This document shows positions 38,340 through 50,715 of a DNA stretch of 64,000 nucleotides, piece by piece. The notes under the pieces are model-generated. The model ran no database searches, had not been told where the DNA came from, and was given only the letters and a program-made list of their open reading frames with translations. The stretch covers positions 2,852,001-2,916,000 of the forward strand of contig JAUFOQ010000001.1 in NCBI GenBank assembly GCA_040285855.1, in the 5' to 3' direction. Every line of letters begins with the position of its first letter. The stretch's first letter is position 1. Position numbers and translations under genes: made by a program. The stretch is from Eukaryota sp. GEM-RC1 (Eukaryota).

Positions 38340-40270
38340 AGACGGTTTTTTGCATTATACTTGGAAAGTTCCTTGTTGGAATCATTCCGAAGTATAACAA
38401 TACCACCACCATTTCCAAACGAATTTGTCAACATTCATATCATCAAACATATCAGGCAGAACTGGTCTCAAAAGAAAACTATTCAACAAGACTTGGACAT
38501 ACAATAAAATTAATCCATTACTAACATGAACCTTACATTTCAAAGAAATAAAACTGTTACAATTCAATAAATGTGGATGTGTTACAGATTGCCCACGCTG
38601 GCCTTTCAAATTATAAGGAAGATCATCAAGCCAAATAGATGACTGAAACTTTCCTCTAATGACAGAGAGTAATTATCAGACAAGGTACCATAAACTTGAT
38701 GGAATCAGACATGAAGCAGAGCTGTCAGAAACATCAATCCAAAAGTGACAAACTCAGGATTTTTCCCCTCGTTTATGCCAAGTTTAACCTTATATTCCAG
38801 ACTTTCAAAAATATTTGTTAGTTTCTGTGGTTGTTTTGTCCAACAAAACAGAAGACTAGTCGAGCAGTAAAAAAATCATTAGTTCAATGTTTCGTTTATA
38901 TCGAATAATCATTTTTACGAATTTGGGCCAATACGTGAAATTAACATTAGGAAATCGATGAACAAATTCAACAATACACACTGTTCCACCACCTATAAAA
39001 AAGCACCTTGCAAAGAATTGACGATTTGGTATAATGAACACCACCAATATGAGCAATAGTAAGCATATGACTTCTAAGCAACGTTAAATCAAGTTATAAC
39101 AATGATGCGAACAGAAATTAGAATTAATTCTATCCAAATCTACAAAAGTTCAGAGAGCTGTAGATCTAAAAAGATGCGTAATTTCTTCCAAGTGACAAAT
39201 TTTTAGAATGAAAAACTTGATATGCTTTCAATTGTCAATGTCATAAGGCGAACTGATTTTGAGCACTGATCAAATTTTTCCCAATCAATTTAAATAATTT
39301 TTTATAAATTGGAGGAACATTTCAAGGCATAATCCTAGAAGACGTAATGCGTCTTCTACGGTATTAATAAATGCAATTTGAACTCTGTTAATAAGTACGT
39401 GAGTGTATCAACATCCGGGTTCAACCAGGGATGCGAAAAGATATATATTTATATAAATAAATTATTGGATGATGGCGAATAGACCGCAACAAAATGAGTC
39501 ATCGGATTGCGCAGAAATATTGCCAATAAATACATTTATTTATTTCCAAACTTGACAATACCAATATATTTATTGTTGGCCACAACAAAAACAATATATT
39601 TATTTTCGTCGTGAACGATAATTTATTTAAATAAATATATCTTTTCGCATCCCTGGGTTCAACTATGATCCCATTTGTTCATAAATGTCAGCAATTTCTA
39701 CAGGAACTTTTTGCCAAATCAAGGGGACCAATAATGGAAATATCATCCATATAACCAACTATCTTAGTTTCTGGATATTTGTTTCCAAATCACACAAAAT
39801 CGGATCATGATCAGCAAGATAAAAGAAAGGAGGACGAAGATCTCCTTGTATAACATCGGCTTAGATTTCTGTGAATATGTACCATAAATTAAATACCTTG
39901 GTTTTTCATAGAACAAATTATGATGATAACTCAGAAAAGTCTTTTTCAACCGCCTCAAAAGCAGACTTACGACTAACTGATTTAAACACATTTTTTTGAA
40001 ATCGAGATTAAAGACGAAGTTATCATCATTGAAATCTTTTGACAATATGATGATTATCGATTGGTCTTAATTCCAAATTGGAATGGACATAAAAAGCGAC
40101 GTGCTTTTTCAACTACTCGATTAAAAACAATTGAAGCAAACAAAGGGGAAATTGATTCTCCCATAATTGGACGGATGCAATCAGGTTTGATACCTTTAGA
40201 AGGTTTGACGCAATGAGCCGGCAATTCAATTGGAGAAGTTACCCCTGCATACAACCGTATATGTTTGCAG
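38340..40270 (-). mobile_element. Degraded non-LTR retrotransposon (RT and knuckle region), interrupted by a hAT MITE
   Basis: KPD.IRPI.GES...FLCPFQFGIK, YMDDISIIG, and QSVTHPHLLNC. Confidence 0.75.
39426..39655. mobile_element. hAT-type MITE with an 8-bp target-site duplication
   Basis: TIR CAGGGATGCGAAAAGATATAT at both ends. TSD GGTTCAAC at 39418-39425 and 39656-39663. Confidence 0.92.
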
Positions 40271-40442
40271 TCTTTCCAAGTTGTTATCTTGGAGCACTCA
40301 ACATTGATAGGTCATCAGCATACTCGATGAAAGAATTGGTCTGGTTCCGACTCTTTTCTTTCAGAATTGTACTCTTTATTAATTTCGCGAATCAAACTGC
40401 TTCTGTCACAAGTCTAGTTATGGAAGAACCGATACCGTATAA

Positions 40443-40515
40443 TCCCGCATGGCGTAACTGGTAGCGCGTTCGACTTTTAATCGAACGATTTAGGGTTCGA
40501 GTCCCTATGCGGGAG
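40443..40515 (+). tRNA. tRNA-Lys(UUU)
   Basis: TCCCGCA/TGCGGGA acceptor stem, TTCGA-CT-TTT-AA-TCGAA anticodon arm, GGTTCGAGTCC T arm, and a T-run terminator. Confidence 0.95.
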
Positions 40516-41016
40516 ACATTTTTTACTTTTGTGACACTAATAGCCTTCGGATTGAAAACGGTAAATTAACGCTTATTGTGCTTGCGATAATGATTGACTG
40601 AATGAGTTGAGAAAGAACGAATGAATGCAATGATCAAACTTAATTTATTATTGTTTTAGTGTTCGGTAATTTGAAAATCTCAGCTGCTCTTTGTTAGATG
40701 ACTCATTCTTCAACATTCTTTTCTGTTATTTTCGTTATTTTATATTGAAAGACGTGGTTGTTTTTGGATGTTTACTTTATACAACATCAGACACTAGCAT
40801 CTAATCCAAGAACAACCATCTAATTAGCTGAAAGACTGACAAAAACAATTTAAATAAACAATTTAATTAACAACCTTCCAAAAAAGCAAACAGAACGCTA
40901 AAACTAATGACTAAACACCTTTTTTTAAAAAAAGATAGATAGCCCTCTAACTTACGCACAACTAAACGTTTAAACAAAATCAAGCGACCACATCACCATC
41001 ACCGATTCTCCAACAC

Positions 41017-41872
41017 CTACTCCAACGAAACCTTAAACTTCTCCATTTCCTTCGCCTGATCGTCAACTTCCTTATCCGCCTTCTTCTTCATCATATCCTC
41101 ATACAACGGCCTATACTCCTTATCATACTCCTCACGTCCCTTGTCTATGGCCTCGAACAGTTTATCAATGCCCAGCCCAGTAATACTACTCACAGCAACA
41201 CTAGTCAGGGTGTGGTAAAACTCCTCCACTACTAAAGCCAATGACCTGTTAAAACAAGCTAAGTAACTATCATCGCTCTCTACAGCCTTTTGAAGGGGAG
41301 TCAATGTCCTTCATCCACTCCTCTAGGATTGCTGGACTCCCAGCATCAGACTTAGTCCAAACTAACACTATGGGAAGCTTAGTGTTGTAAGCAATGGAGC
41401 AGGCATAGAGCATATTCGAAACAAAAGAAGATGGAGTTGAAATAACACGTGGCGTGTCCACCACGTATAGAACAACAGTTGGTAACTCAGATGCCAGGGC
41501 TCCAGTAATAATAGAGCCACTGGCACTCCACGTCATCATTTCAATTTGACCAGGGGTATCTAGGAAGATGTAGTCAGTAGAGGAAGCTCGGCTTCTAATG
41601 AGGTCAAGGACTTGGTCGAATTTGGTAGAGAAAAGGTTGAGAGAGGTCATGATGGCACCGTTTGGTCCGAGATGGTATTCTTTCATGACAGCTTTATAGT
41701 CAACAGTGTCTCGAATGTCAATGTTAGGTGTGAAAGGTACTTTGAGAACAGCAGGATCAAGATTGATAAGATAAGAAGGAATGGAATGTTGACTGACATG
41801 AGCATTTAGACGTTGCATGAGAGTGGTTTTACCGGCACCAGCCATTCCAACAACAATGGCAGCAGTAGGCAT
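41017..41872 (-). CDS. GPN1: GPN-loop GTPase 1 (one +1 indel in a C-run near 41297)
   Basis: GMAGAGKTT, NLDPAV, LGPNGAIMTSLNLF, DTPGQIE..TWSASG. The C-terminus continues in ORF 41017-41304. Confidence 0.92.
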
Positions 41873-42682
41873 GAGAGTTAGGTAGGATAGAAATTGGGTT
41901 TTGACTTAGACTAATTTCAATACCCAATCTCTTGCACAAACATCTTAAACAATGATTTCTATCTAGTCTACGTTTCTGAACAAAACTTGAGCTTGTGATC
42001 TTCCTTTCCACACTTCCCTCATAAGCTCAAACACTTTACACCGTGTCATTCTTTCTTGCAGTTACCACACTTAAGTCTTCGGGGTCCTGATCTTCCATTA
42101 TAAGAATTATTTGCCATTACATTCTTGGATTTTCGACTATCTGAAGTGAACTGCCTGGAAACGTATGTCTCACTCGGTGATAATCAAGTGAGACTTGATC
42201 TTCCTGTTTAGCACAACGTTGTTCATGTTAGAAACTTCAAACAATGTCCCACGTATCATTCATTCCCTACTCCTGGTTCTTGGATGGAATCGACTCCCTA
42301 CTTTTCTGATAGATTGACAGTGTGTGAACTTTTACGATTGTCAAACACAACCATTTATGTTTCAAATAAAGTTTATTGTTCTCATTGCACTACTGCTCGA
42401 CTACGGATAAGGTGTGACTGTCAAACTCTGATTGTTCAAGAACAATATCGTTTTTGGGTGCTCAAACCAGTACTCAAACATAATCTAGAGATGGTCTTCC
42501 AATAATTCAAAAGTTTGAGCATCCATAAGATTAGCTGGAGGTATATAATCGATTTCATCAAACATCTACATGCATGAAATTAATCGAAGTCTAAAAGTAC
42601 AGGATAAGTCAAAATTTATGGTACATAATAAGTCAAAACCCTACTAGTAAGTCAACAGGTACAGGATAAGTCAAAACCTATA

Positions 42683-43000
42683 ACTATATATACAAATGAT
42701 AGTGATATTAAATTATTATGTAACGAACATGGTAAGGTAATTAGACCAATGTTGAGATTTCATGATAAATGGTCAACTCCTACATTAGAATACGTAAATT
42801 ACGGAAATATTTGGAGAGACGCCAATTTAAATCTTAAAACTAGAATGTTGATTGGAATTGTTTTGGGTAATGATTATACTAAAAGTAGTCCTAAATTACA
42901 TTCATTAGTTACTGGTATAGGAATTACTCAAATTATGAAAATAATAAAAAATAATAAATGTAAACATTTGGAAAATAGTTTATGTCATAATTGTTTTAGT
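42683..43000 (+). pseudogene. XPG/FEN1-like nuclease fragment in an AT-rich island
   Basis: In-frame IYTNDSDIKLL ... IGIVLGNDY...GIG (DxD and H3TH motifs). The N-terminal half is missing. Confidence 0.6.
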
Positions 43001-43464
43001 TCATTATTAGGATTGTCATTGTCATATTGTTCAGAGTTTGCAACATTATTTGTAATGATTAATGGTAGCCATTGTATTGGTGGTATGATTGACATTAATG
43101 AACGTAACGCTTTATCTTTACATTTCATGTTAATTGCTGATTTCATATAATTCAATGAATATGATTTAAGATTATTTTTTATTGTTTCATTTGGAACCAG
43201 TCCCGTTTTTAGGTATTGTTCTTCAATTATTGCTCTTTCATTTCTCCATTCATGAATTGCTCGTGATAATTTTTTTACAATATCTTGACTATAATGTTTT
43301 ATGACATCTTTATTTTCATGAACAAAGTTTTTATCAAATTCATGTTGATCTGCAGTACTTGCTATATGTGTCATGTAATCATACCATACACTAATATCTA
43401 TACCAGTACTTGCAATATCCAATATCGCTGGTGGCAAAACATTACAATTTTCAATAATTGACAC
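42985..43464 (-). CDS. Hypothetical protein or fragment in the AT-rich island
   Basis: 159-codon open frame in very AT-rich DNA; no recognised motif. Confidence 0.4.
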   Translation of the reverse strand: MSIIENCNVLPPAILDIASTGIDISVWYDYMTHIASTADQHEFDKNFVHENKDVIKHYSQDIVKKLSRAIHEWRNERAIIEEQYLKTGLVPNETIKNNLKSYSLNYMKSAINMKCKDKALRSLMSIIPPIQWLPLIITNNVANSEQYDNDNPNNELKQL

Positions 43465-43562
43465 AATTATATAGGTATATATATAAATACTAAATAATAA
43501 CTATAATTGTATATATGGTTTTTGGTTTGAGATCAAACACCAAACCCAGTCTGTAGTTTTCA

Positions 43563-44291
43563 ATGTATCCTCCACCTAAGGACTTTTTTCGTCCTACCTC
43601 TGTATCTAGTGGTCCAATTGTCTCAAACACTTCATCTGTCACTTTATCTGAATCCACACATCCTCCAGTACTCGCACCTAACACAAATGCTGATCAATGT
43701 CAGCCACTGTTGACGGACGCTGATATATCTTCTCCAACGATGTTCAATAAACCATCTCCACATTATCTCAATTCTATCCACAAAAACCATCTCTGGGATA
43801 CTCCGTCAACTGCAGACCCTACTCCAGCTACTACCGTTGAACTCATCAACCACACTATATCATCATTCAAACAACCTGATACCTCCATCCACACACCAAA
43901 TCTCTTCCACCCAAACTTTCCCCTTTCTTGGAACAATCCTCTTGGGGACTTTCCTCTCCCCCACTTTGAACCCCATACTGATCTTGAAGTTCCTTGTGTT
44001 ACCCAACGACCTCGATACATGCCTAAGGAGCCGTTCAAGAAGTCTCTCAATCAGAAGAATCATCTTTATTACGATCCTCTAATCATCCTCGATGATTCCT
44101 ACTCCTTCCCTTCTCAACTCTCTCTTCATTCTAAGTTTGCTGGAGTTGAACTAAGTCTTCCCGAGGTTCATGGTTCGATTACCTCTGAGAACACTCTTCC
44201 ATCTAAGAGATCTTCTGGAGGGGATTGGGGTGAACTGTCTCTTCCAAAGGTTTCTGAGGAGAGGAGGGAAGAGATTGTGGGGAAAAGGTAA
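43563..44291 (+). CDS. Hypothetical Pro/Ser/Thr-rich protein
   Basis: 242-aa ORF with host-like composition. The stop lies in AG|GTAAG, so a splice donor is possible. Confidence 0.55.
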   Translation: MYPPPKDFFRPTSVSSGPIVSNTSSVTLSESTHPPVLAPNTNADQCQPLLTDADISSPTMFNKPSPHYLNSIHKNHLWDTPSTADPTPATTVELINHTISSFKQPDTSIHTPNLFHPNFPLSWNNPLGDFPLPHFEPHTDLEVPCVTQRPRYMPKEPFKKSLNQKNHLYYDPLIILDDSYSFPSQLSLHSKFAGVELSLPEVHGSITSENTLPSKRSSGGDWGELSLPKVSEERREEIVGKR

Positions 44292-45232
44292 GGGTCGGTT
44301 TTTAATTATTTTAATTTTTTGAATTTTGGACTGTAAAAAGGGGAATGTTTGATCTTGTTAATTTCTATTAATGATTTTCTACTCCTATTGTGACTGATGA
44401 TTTGTATAATTTTGTATTGTTGTTGTAAAAATTCTGGAGTATTTCAGTTGTGACAGTTCTTGTACTATCTAATATTCGTTATTTGTCAAATATGTCATTA
44501 TTTTTTAATTTTTGGAAACTTGAACTGTTTTGTTCTTTGTATTTGTTTTACTGTATTATTATTCTTTGTTATCGGATTCAAAGTCTGTGATCCAATAATT
44601 GATTTTTCAAGACTGAACAGATTGTACACATCAAGTATGATGAAGTACTACCTGTATAAATCCAAATGCTTGTTCAATGTAGTATTTTTAAACCAGAGAT
44701 CTGGCTTAGTTCTATATTTAAATCAGCGCCACAAATTGGTGAAGAGGTCTTGGTCAAGGGTATCAACGAAATAGGAGTGGTTACCGAGGTGGAAACAGTG
44801 ACTGTATATGAACTCAAAGCACCACTTGGACTGGCAATTCTTTTTTCCTTTTTCAAGTAAACATTACAATGGCTAAGTTGTGGTGTTTAAACAATTTGGA
44901 AATAAACACAAAGATGGAATATGAACTAACAAAAACAAGAATGCATCGTTTTCTGTTAATCACCTTTAAAGGTAAGTTTGGAACAATTCACAAATGATAT
45001 GTTCTTCTAATTTTAGTGGGATGGCTTTGAATGACAAGATCACGAGCTTAAGTCTTGAGATAAACATCTGATTTATGTCAAACTTCCAACAATATAAGTG
45101 CACCAAGAATAGTTGACCACTGTAGCTAAAATGCAACACGTTTTTCAAGGATGGTGATTCATCATATGACTTGTCACAATTTGCTGTCACTTTGTCAATG
45201 ACAATGTCAACTTTCTTCTGCATTTCTTAATA

Positions 45233-46114
45233 ATGTCCGACATTAAAGGCCGTGATCCTCTTCCTGAAGAAGTTTCTCTTCATCCTGACAACCTTGTCAT
45301 CAAGAAAGTCATCCACGCCGGCGATGAATCGTCTCCAAGTCCCCTACCAGGAGCAAAAGTATTTGTCCACTATACTGGTACTCTTGAAAACGGTGATAAG
45401 TTTGACTCCTCCCGTGATCGAAATGACCCTTTCTCATTTACCATTGATCAAGGAATGGTCATAAAAGGTTGGGACATCGCCGTCAAGTCATTGAAAATCG
45501 GAGAACGGGCTTCCTTCTGGATCCATTACACCCTGGCGTACGGAGAATCCGGCAGTCCTCCCAAAATTCCAGGCAAATCTCATCTAGTGTTTGATATCGA
45601 ACTGCTAGATTTCGAACCCGATTACTCTTCAATGGAAGCTGAAGATGTCATTGAAGCTGCTTCTAAGATGAAAGCAACTGCCGATCAAGCCTTTGGTAAA
45701 TCAGATGTTCAGTCCGCTGTTACCACGTGGAAGAAAGCCGTTGATGCCTTGGAAACTGTTTGGTTAGATGAATCCAAAGAATCTCTCTCTGAAGGTCTTA
45801 AGGAACTACAGACCAAAATTGAACTGAATTTAGGTTTAGGTCTAATGAAGTTAAACCAGGCACGCGATGCCATTACCCACCTAGACTCAGTCCTTGAAAA
45901 GATGCTCAAAACAAGAAGGCACTGTATCGTAAAAGCCAAGGCTCTGCTGCAATTGGGTGATTTTACTGAATCAAAAGCTACTGTACAGAAGTTATTGGAA
46001 TTGGATTCCGAGAGCAAGGAAGGCAAGGCTTTGGTGGCAGAAATCTCTAGAGCTGAAGCCAAGGAGCAACAGAGAGTTTCATCTTTGTATAAGAAAATGA
46101 TGACTGCTTTGTAA
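45233..46114 (+). CDS. FKBP-type peptidyl-prolyl isomerase with TPR repeats
   Basis: VHYTGTLENGDKFDSSRDR..F.F..G.VIKGWD..LAYG..GSPPKIP. The C-terminal TPR has a local compensated double frameshift. Confidence 0.93.
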   Translation: MSDIKGRDPLPEEVSLHPDNLVIKKVIHAGDESSPSPLPGAKVFVHYTGTLENGDKFDSSRDRNDPFSFTIDQGMVIKGWDIAVKSLKIGERASFWIHYTLAYGESGSPPKIPGKSHLVFDIELLDFEPDYSSMEAEDVIEAASKMKATADQAFGKSDVQSAVTTWKKAVDALETVWLDESKESLSEGLKELQTKIELNLGLGLMKLNQARDAITHLDSVLEKMLKTRRHCIVKAKALLQLGDFTESKATVQKLLELDSESKEGKALVAEISRAEAKEQQRVSSLYKKMMTAL

Positions 46115-46195
46115 TTGTTTTTGTTTTAGCATAGGTTTTCATTTATTCATTAAAAACGACTTTATTTGGAAACAAATTATTTGGTATGAACTGTT

Positions 46196-46400
46196 TCAGG
46201 TAAACCATAACATATGATCAAAACGTTTGTTCATCCTATTTTTTACGATTTTTCCGAAATCGTTTAAAAAATTCAATGCACTATTTCCTAAACGACCGTA
46301 AATTGGAAACAGCAAAGGGCATAATTCGTACTCAACATGTTTTACATGTTTTAAACCTTTTCTGTTACAATTGTGGAGCCACAATAATAATGATTGAACA
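46196..46400 (-). mobile_element. Non-LTR RLE 3' fragment
   Basis: KHVKHVEYELCPLLFPIYGRLGNSALNFLNDF...RFDHMLWF. Confidence 0.55.
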
Positions 46401-47099
46401 ATGTTGGAATTAACTGTATGTGTGTAAAACATGGCCACCAGACAGTCAAATGACCATCAAATGTAGTGTTGTTAATATCTCCAAGGTCAGGTCAATTCAT
46501 TTGATGGTATTGACCTGACCTTTGACCTGAAATCTACATTTTGCTTAATACTTTAACTAACGAAAATCAGAATAAACTCAGTCAAATCTAATAATCTCTT
46601 GCAATCCTGTGCTTACTGACAGAAAACTGTCGAATCTTTGACAGTGATGTGAGGTTTGTCTTGATCTTTTAACAATCATAATCAGTAGACATACCAAAAA
46701 ATCAGTATCGTTTTATTCTAAAAAATAGATCACTTTCTAGTAGAAACTTTCTACAGTACATTCAGAGAAATCGCAATAAATCTATTGTCTCACTCATTTC
46801 TTCCGCTGAATTAATTATTAAATTCCAACAATGGTAAAACATAAGAAATAATGACCATATTTTTTCATCCATTTATCAACAATCAATGGGAATTGTTGAG
46901 AGTTAGCTCAAAGTTTGCCTTTGAGTGATTTCTGTTGGAACAGGTTTGGTGATGTCTAGAAAACAAGATTCGCCCAATACTATTTGTTCTCTTCCTTCAT
47001 CAATGGACCACTATGATGAGACTTCGTTGCTATCTATGGCCATACAATTTTGCCAAATGATCTTCAATGTAGCTGAAAAAAAATTAACTTCTAGCATTT

Positions 47100-47560
47100 G
47101 TTCTGTTGTAACCGCTATATAACTTATCGTACGTGTAGGCATGATGCTGTAAGAGACCAAAAACATGCTATGTGTAAGTCTTTCAAAATTGAAAGATTTG
47201 TTGAACCACTTCTACGATCTTTAGAACCAAATATTAATTGTAGTGACGAAAATCAGAACCCATTTTTTGGGAAGCGGAGAGCAGGTGTTATTGTCCATTC
47301 TTCTTCAGACAAATTGTGTGTTGTCGATGAAGTCAGTGGATGTTTGTGGAAGGACATCTTCCACAAATGCTTACTCTGAAACTTCCCCTTTATACATTTC
47401 TGAACAAACCAAGCAAGATAAGTACAAGAAACCATTGTTGGCTCTAAAACATGTAAAACATGGTGAACAGGTATTATGCCCTTTTGCTTTGTTAATCTAA
47501 TGACATTTAGGAAAAGTGCATTGACCAACGTTTTGATTATATGTTATGGTTGATTCGTTT
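47100..47560 (+). mobile_element. Non-LTR RLE fragment
   Basis: YRTCRHDAVRD...FVEPLL...KRRAGVIV...VVD...KQDKY...LCPFA. Confidence 0.65.
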
Positions 47561-47908
47561 CGTTTTTACTTTTTCAAAATAATTCCCCTCATCATCCCCA
47601 AAGCTTTATTACAAATATTATTTTTGTAGCTGTGAGTTCCTTTATGACGACAAAGCAATTCAACTGCTGCAGTTGTAAGATCTGATAGCGACGGGTAATT
47701 TTTCAATGAGAACAATTTTTAGTTTTTCAGGCTGTTACATTTGGAAAAAATTACAAATATTAAAAAGATGCTGATGATGAGAATTTCACTTCTTTTATTT
47801 TCTGAATTAGTATCTATTGCTGTTAATAAACTCATCAATATTCAAAAGAAATTTGTTCTCTTCCTATTGTTTGTCGACTCAAGCTTTTTGATTGTTCATT
47901 ATTTCATG

Positions 47909-47979
47909 GCGTTCGTGGTTTAGTGGTAGAATACGTCGTTGCCATCGATGTGACCCGGGTTCGATTCCCGGCGGATGCA
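47909..47979 (+). tRNA. tRNA-Gly(GCC)
   Basis: GCGTTCG/CGGATGC acceptor stem, CGTCG-TT-GCC-AT-CGATG anticodon arm, CCGGG-TTCGATT-CCCGG T arm, and a T-run. Confidence 0.95.
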
Positions 47980-48606
47980 TTTTAAAATTTTTTCCAACAG
48001 GTGTTCAAGTGCCCTTTTTTTACCAATTCGGCCACTGTTGATATCTCAGAGTCGAGTCCAAAAGTCAACCACGACACAATCGAATTCGCTAGTCAAGTTT
48101 AGAAATCATTTTCAGTTTTCTAGATGTTTGGCCAGTCGCATTACATATAACAACCACAACCAGCGCTTAATATTGTCCGTAGTATTGTTTGTTGTGTTAA
48201 GAACTACTTGAAATATATGACACTTTAGTTGTTTCTAAACAACTTGAAATGTTGTGCACATGCACTAATAGCATCCATGTCACCTATCAAGATTGTACTA
48301 CTTCAATGATAACTTCTACAATCAACAAGTGATTATTTTGAGCTACAGATAAGCCACAGTTGCAGTCACAGACTCAGATTTAACGCTCGTTTATGTTCAA
48401 CATCAATATTTTGAGCAATTTCCGATATCTTATCTGGATTCCTATCCAGGACATTGAGAGAAAACTGACTTGTGACAGTTGAGGTGTTAGGAAAACAAAA
48501 TCAAACCGATTTGCAGACAAAATCTCCACTGTAAACATGTCTACAACTCATCTACAGTTCCCTTTAAGATGGCCAAACTAACATCGTACATCACTTTTTC
48601 CACATC

Positions 48607-50031
48607 ATGCGTCACTTACTGTTTTTCGCCCTAGTGGTGTGTCTTGCCCTCGCTGCATCGCACAATGAATTCCAATCCTTATGTGAAAATGGTCTCGAAG
48701 AGCTTGATCGTGTTGATCCCAATTGTGTTGGTCGTGTTGTTGAACGACGTGAAGAGCCAGTCGACGAAGAAGAAGACAACAACAATGGAAACAACAACAA
48801 CAACAATGATGAGCCGGTCCTTAATGACAAACCCGTGATCTACACTATTGCCGGAAGCCGCATGTTTCCTCTCCGATTCCATGTTCCAGTCCATGTCCGA
48901 AGACAAGAAGAAAACAACAACAACAACGGAGAACCCCAAAAGCTGCAGGAAAACAACAACAACAATCGTACTGGTGATGTGTTCCATATTCTTGATGCTC
49001 GTCAGTGGAACGCTCTACCCACTGAAGAAGTCCGTAACGTCACCAAAGACACTGCTGCTCAACTTGGAGAAGAGAACCCTGAAGTTCGTCAAGGATATGC
49101 CTACTTTAACGGTGAACCGCAAATTGAACAAAAACTCACTGAAGATCAAGAGGCTGTCGTGGAAGCCATTGAAGGAACACCTGTTGAAGAAGAAAACAAC
49201 AACAACAATGGACAATCTCGAATGTATGACGCTATCGAACAAGTCCTTGAACAAGCCGATTTTGATGACGAAACTCCATCTGCTATTGTTGTAATTACTG
49301 AGCAAGAACTGAACAACAACAACGACGGCAACAACAATACCCAGAAGAAGTCCAAGTCCAAAATGAATGTCAAACAGGAGCAAGAACGTCGCCAACAGCT
49401 CCGCCAACAGCTCCAAGAACGTGATATTTACCCCATCTTCGCCGTGCCTCAAGAAAGACAACAAGAGTATCAACAGTTGGTTCAAGACCTCGAAACTGGC
49501 AACGTTGTGGTGGTGGATGAAGATACTACTGCTGACGACCTTGTAACTGCTCTGGAAGAAACTTTAGACGAACTTGCCGAGGAAGAGGAACCACTTGAAG
49601 GTGAATACATCATCACTGTAGAAGTTGAGGAGGAAGTTGAAGGAGTCTTCTTTGAACCCATTAAAGAAGAGATCCGTGTTGTTCTTGGAAAGGAAACGAA
49701 TAACAACAATGCTAACAACAACAACGGTGAAGTTGTTGTCCCTGTCTTCTTCCACGCCTACACTGAAGAGTGCAACCCACTTCTCGATATCATCGCTAGA
49801 GAAACCGAATCTGTTAATGTCACCATCCGCGTTCAACGAGCCGAAAATGGTAACAATAACAATGGTAACAACAACCAAGAGCAGCAAATCCAGGTTTATC
49901 TTTTCCGTTGTCCCTGTTTGTCAGTTCATATCGATCCCAAATGTGGTTTCTTTATGCCTTCTCACATGAAGAGACCAGTGCAAGTTGACCGTGAAGAGAA
50001 CGGTAACAATAACAACAAAAACAACAATTAG
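48607..50031 (+). CDS. Secreted acidic, poly-Asn protein with an integrin-beta-like VWA (beta-I) and hybrid domain, copy A
   Basis: Signal peptide MRHLLFFALVVCLALA; DVFHILD; RQGYAYF; MYDAIEQV; AIVVITE; LQERDIYPIFAV..YQQLV; terminal CPC. Confidence 0.8.
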   Translation: MRHLLFFALVVCLALAASHNEFQSLCENGLEELDRVDPNCVGRVVERREEPVDEEEDNNNGNNNNNNDEPVLNDKPVIYTIAGSRMFPLRFHVPVHVRRQEENNNNNGEPQKLQENNNNNRTGDVFHILDARQWNALPTEEVRNVTKDTAAQLGEENPEVRQGYAYFNGEPQIEQKLTEDQEAVVEAIEGTPVEEENNNNNGQSRMYDAIEQVLEQADFDDETPSAIVVITEQELNNNNDGNNNTQKKSKSKMNVKQEQERRQQLRQQLQERDIYPIFAVPQERQQEYQQLVQDLETGNVVVVDEDTTADDLVTALEETLDELAEEEEPLEGEYIITVEVEEEVEGVFFEPIKEEIRVVLGKETNNNNANNNNGEVVVPVFFHAYTEECNPLLDIIARETESVNVTIRVQRAENGNNNNGNNNQEQQIQVYLFRCPCLSVHIDPKCGFFMPSHMKRPVQVDREENGNNNNKNNN

Positions 50032-50351
50032 ATGATTTGACAATAAACTTCTAGTTGCTATATTCGAATTATCATAACTGAATTCAATGCTGTATGAAAC
50101 AATACCCTCTTTTGGATATCAACTCTGCCCGCAAACATTAATGCTATGTGTTTATTTTGTACCAACAATATTTATTGGCAATATGAGATCTGGAACAATA
50201 TGGTACTGTTATTGTGAACATTAAATATATATTTATGAACGTTGTATTGCAATATTACAAATAACAAACAAAACGTAGTATATTTGCTCCAAATGAAATT
50301 CTACGAAATGAAAATCATTCGAATTATTTTCTCATTACATAAAGTATGATT

Positions 50352-50715
50352 TTAGAGCCAGAAGCATAGTCCATGAAAGTCTAAAGTGAGGCTTGGAAGA
50401 CTGAGGAGAATTTTTACTTCATTAGAGGACTGGGGAGTGATTGAAAGGTCAATGTATTCTGAATCGCTGGTTGTACAAGCAATACGTTGACAGCTGAAGG
50501 CAACTTTAGAAATCAATACAATGGCTTGTTTTATTAAGGAAACAGTGTCTATTCTCATACACACTGTATTCTCTCACAACAATTCTATCGACAAACTGTT
50601 GTATCATTATATTCACCAACAATAACCCATGACCATAGTTCGAAATGCGTACGGCACGTTCGGTAACGTACTCCATACGCGCACCAGCGGAATACGTGCG
50701 GCAACTGAATAACAC
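50352..50715 (-). mobile_element. hAT C-terminal remnant inside the left arm (mirror copy at 51201-51564)
   Basis: EYIDLSITPQSSNEVK resembles QYIDLQFIPATSNDIE at ~27130. Confidence 0.5.

Noticed and set aside
46485..46530. AGGTCAGGTCAAT/ATTGACCTGACCT hairpin as a terminator
   Set aside because: The context is eukaryotic; it is more likely a transposon subterminal remnant.
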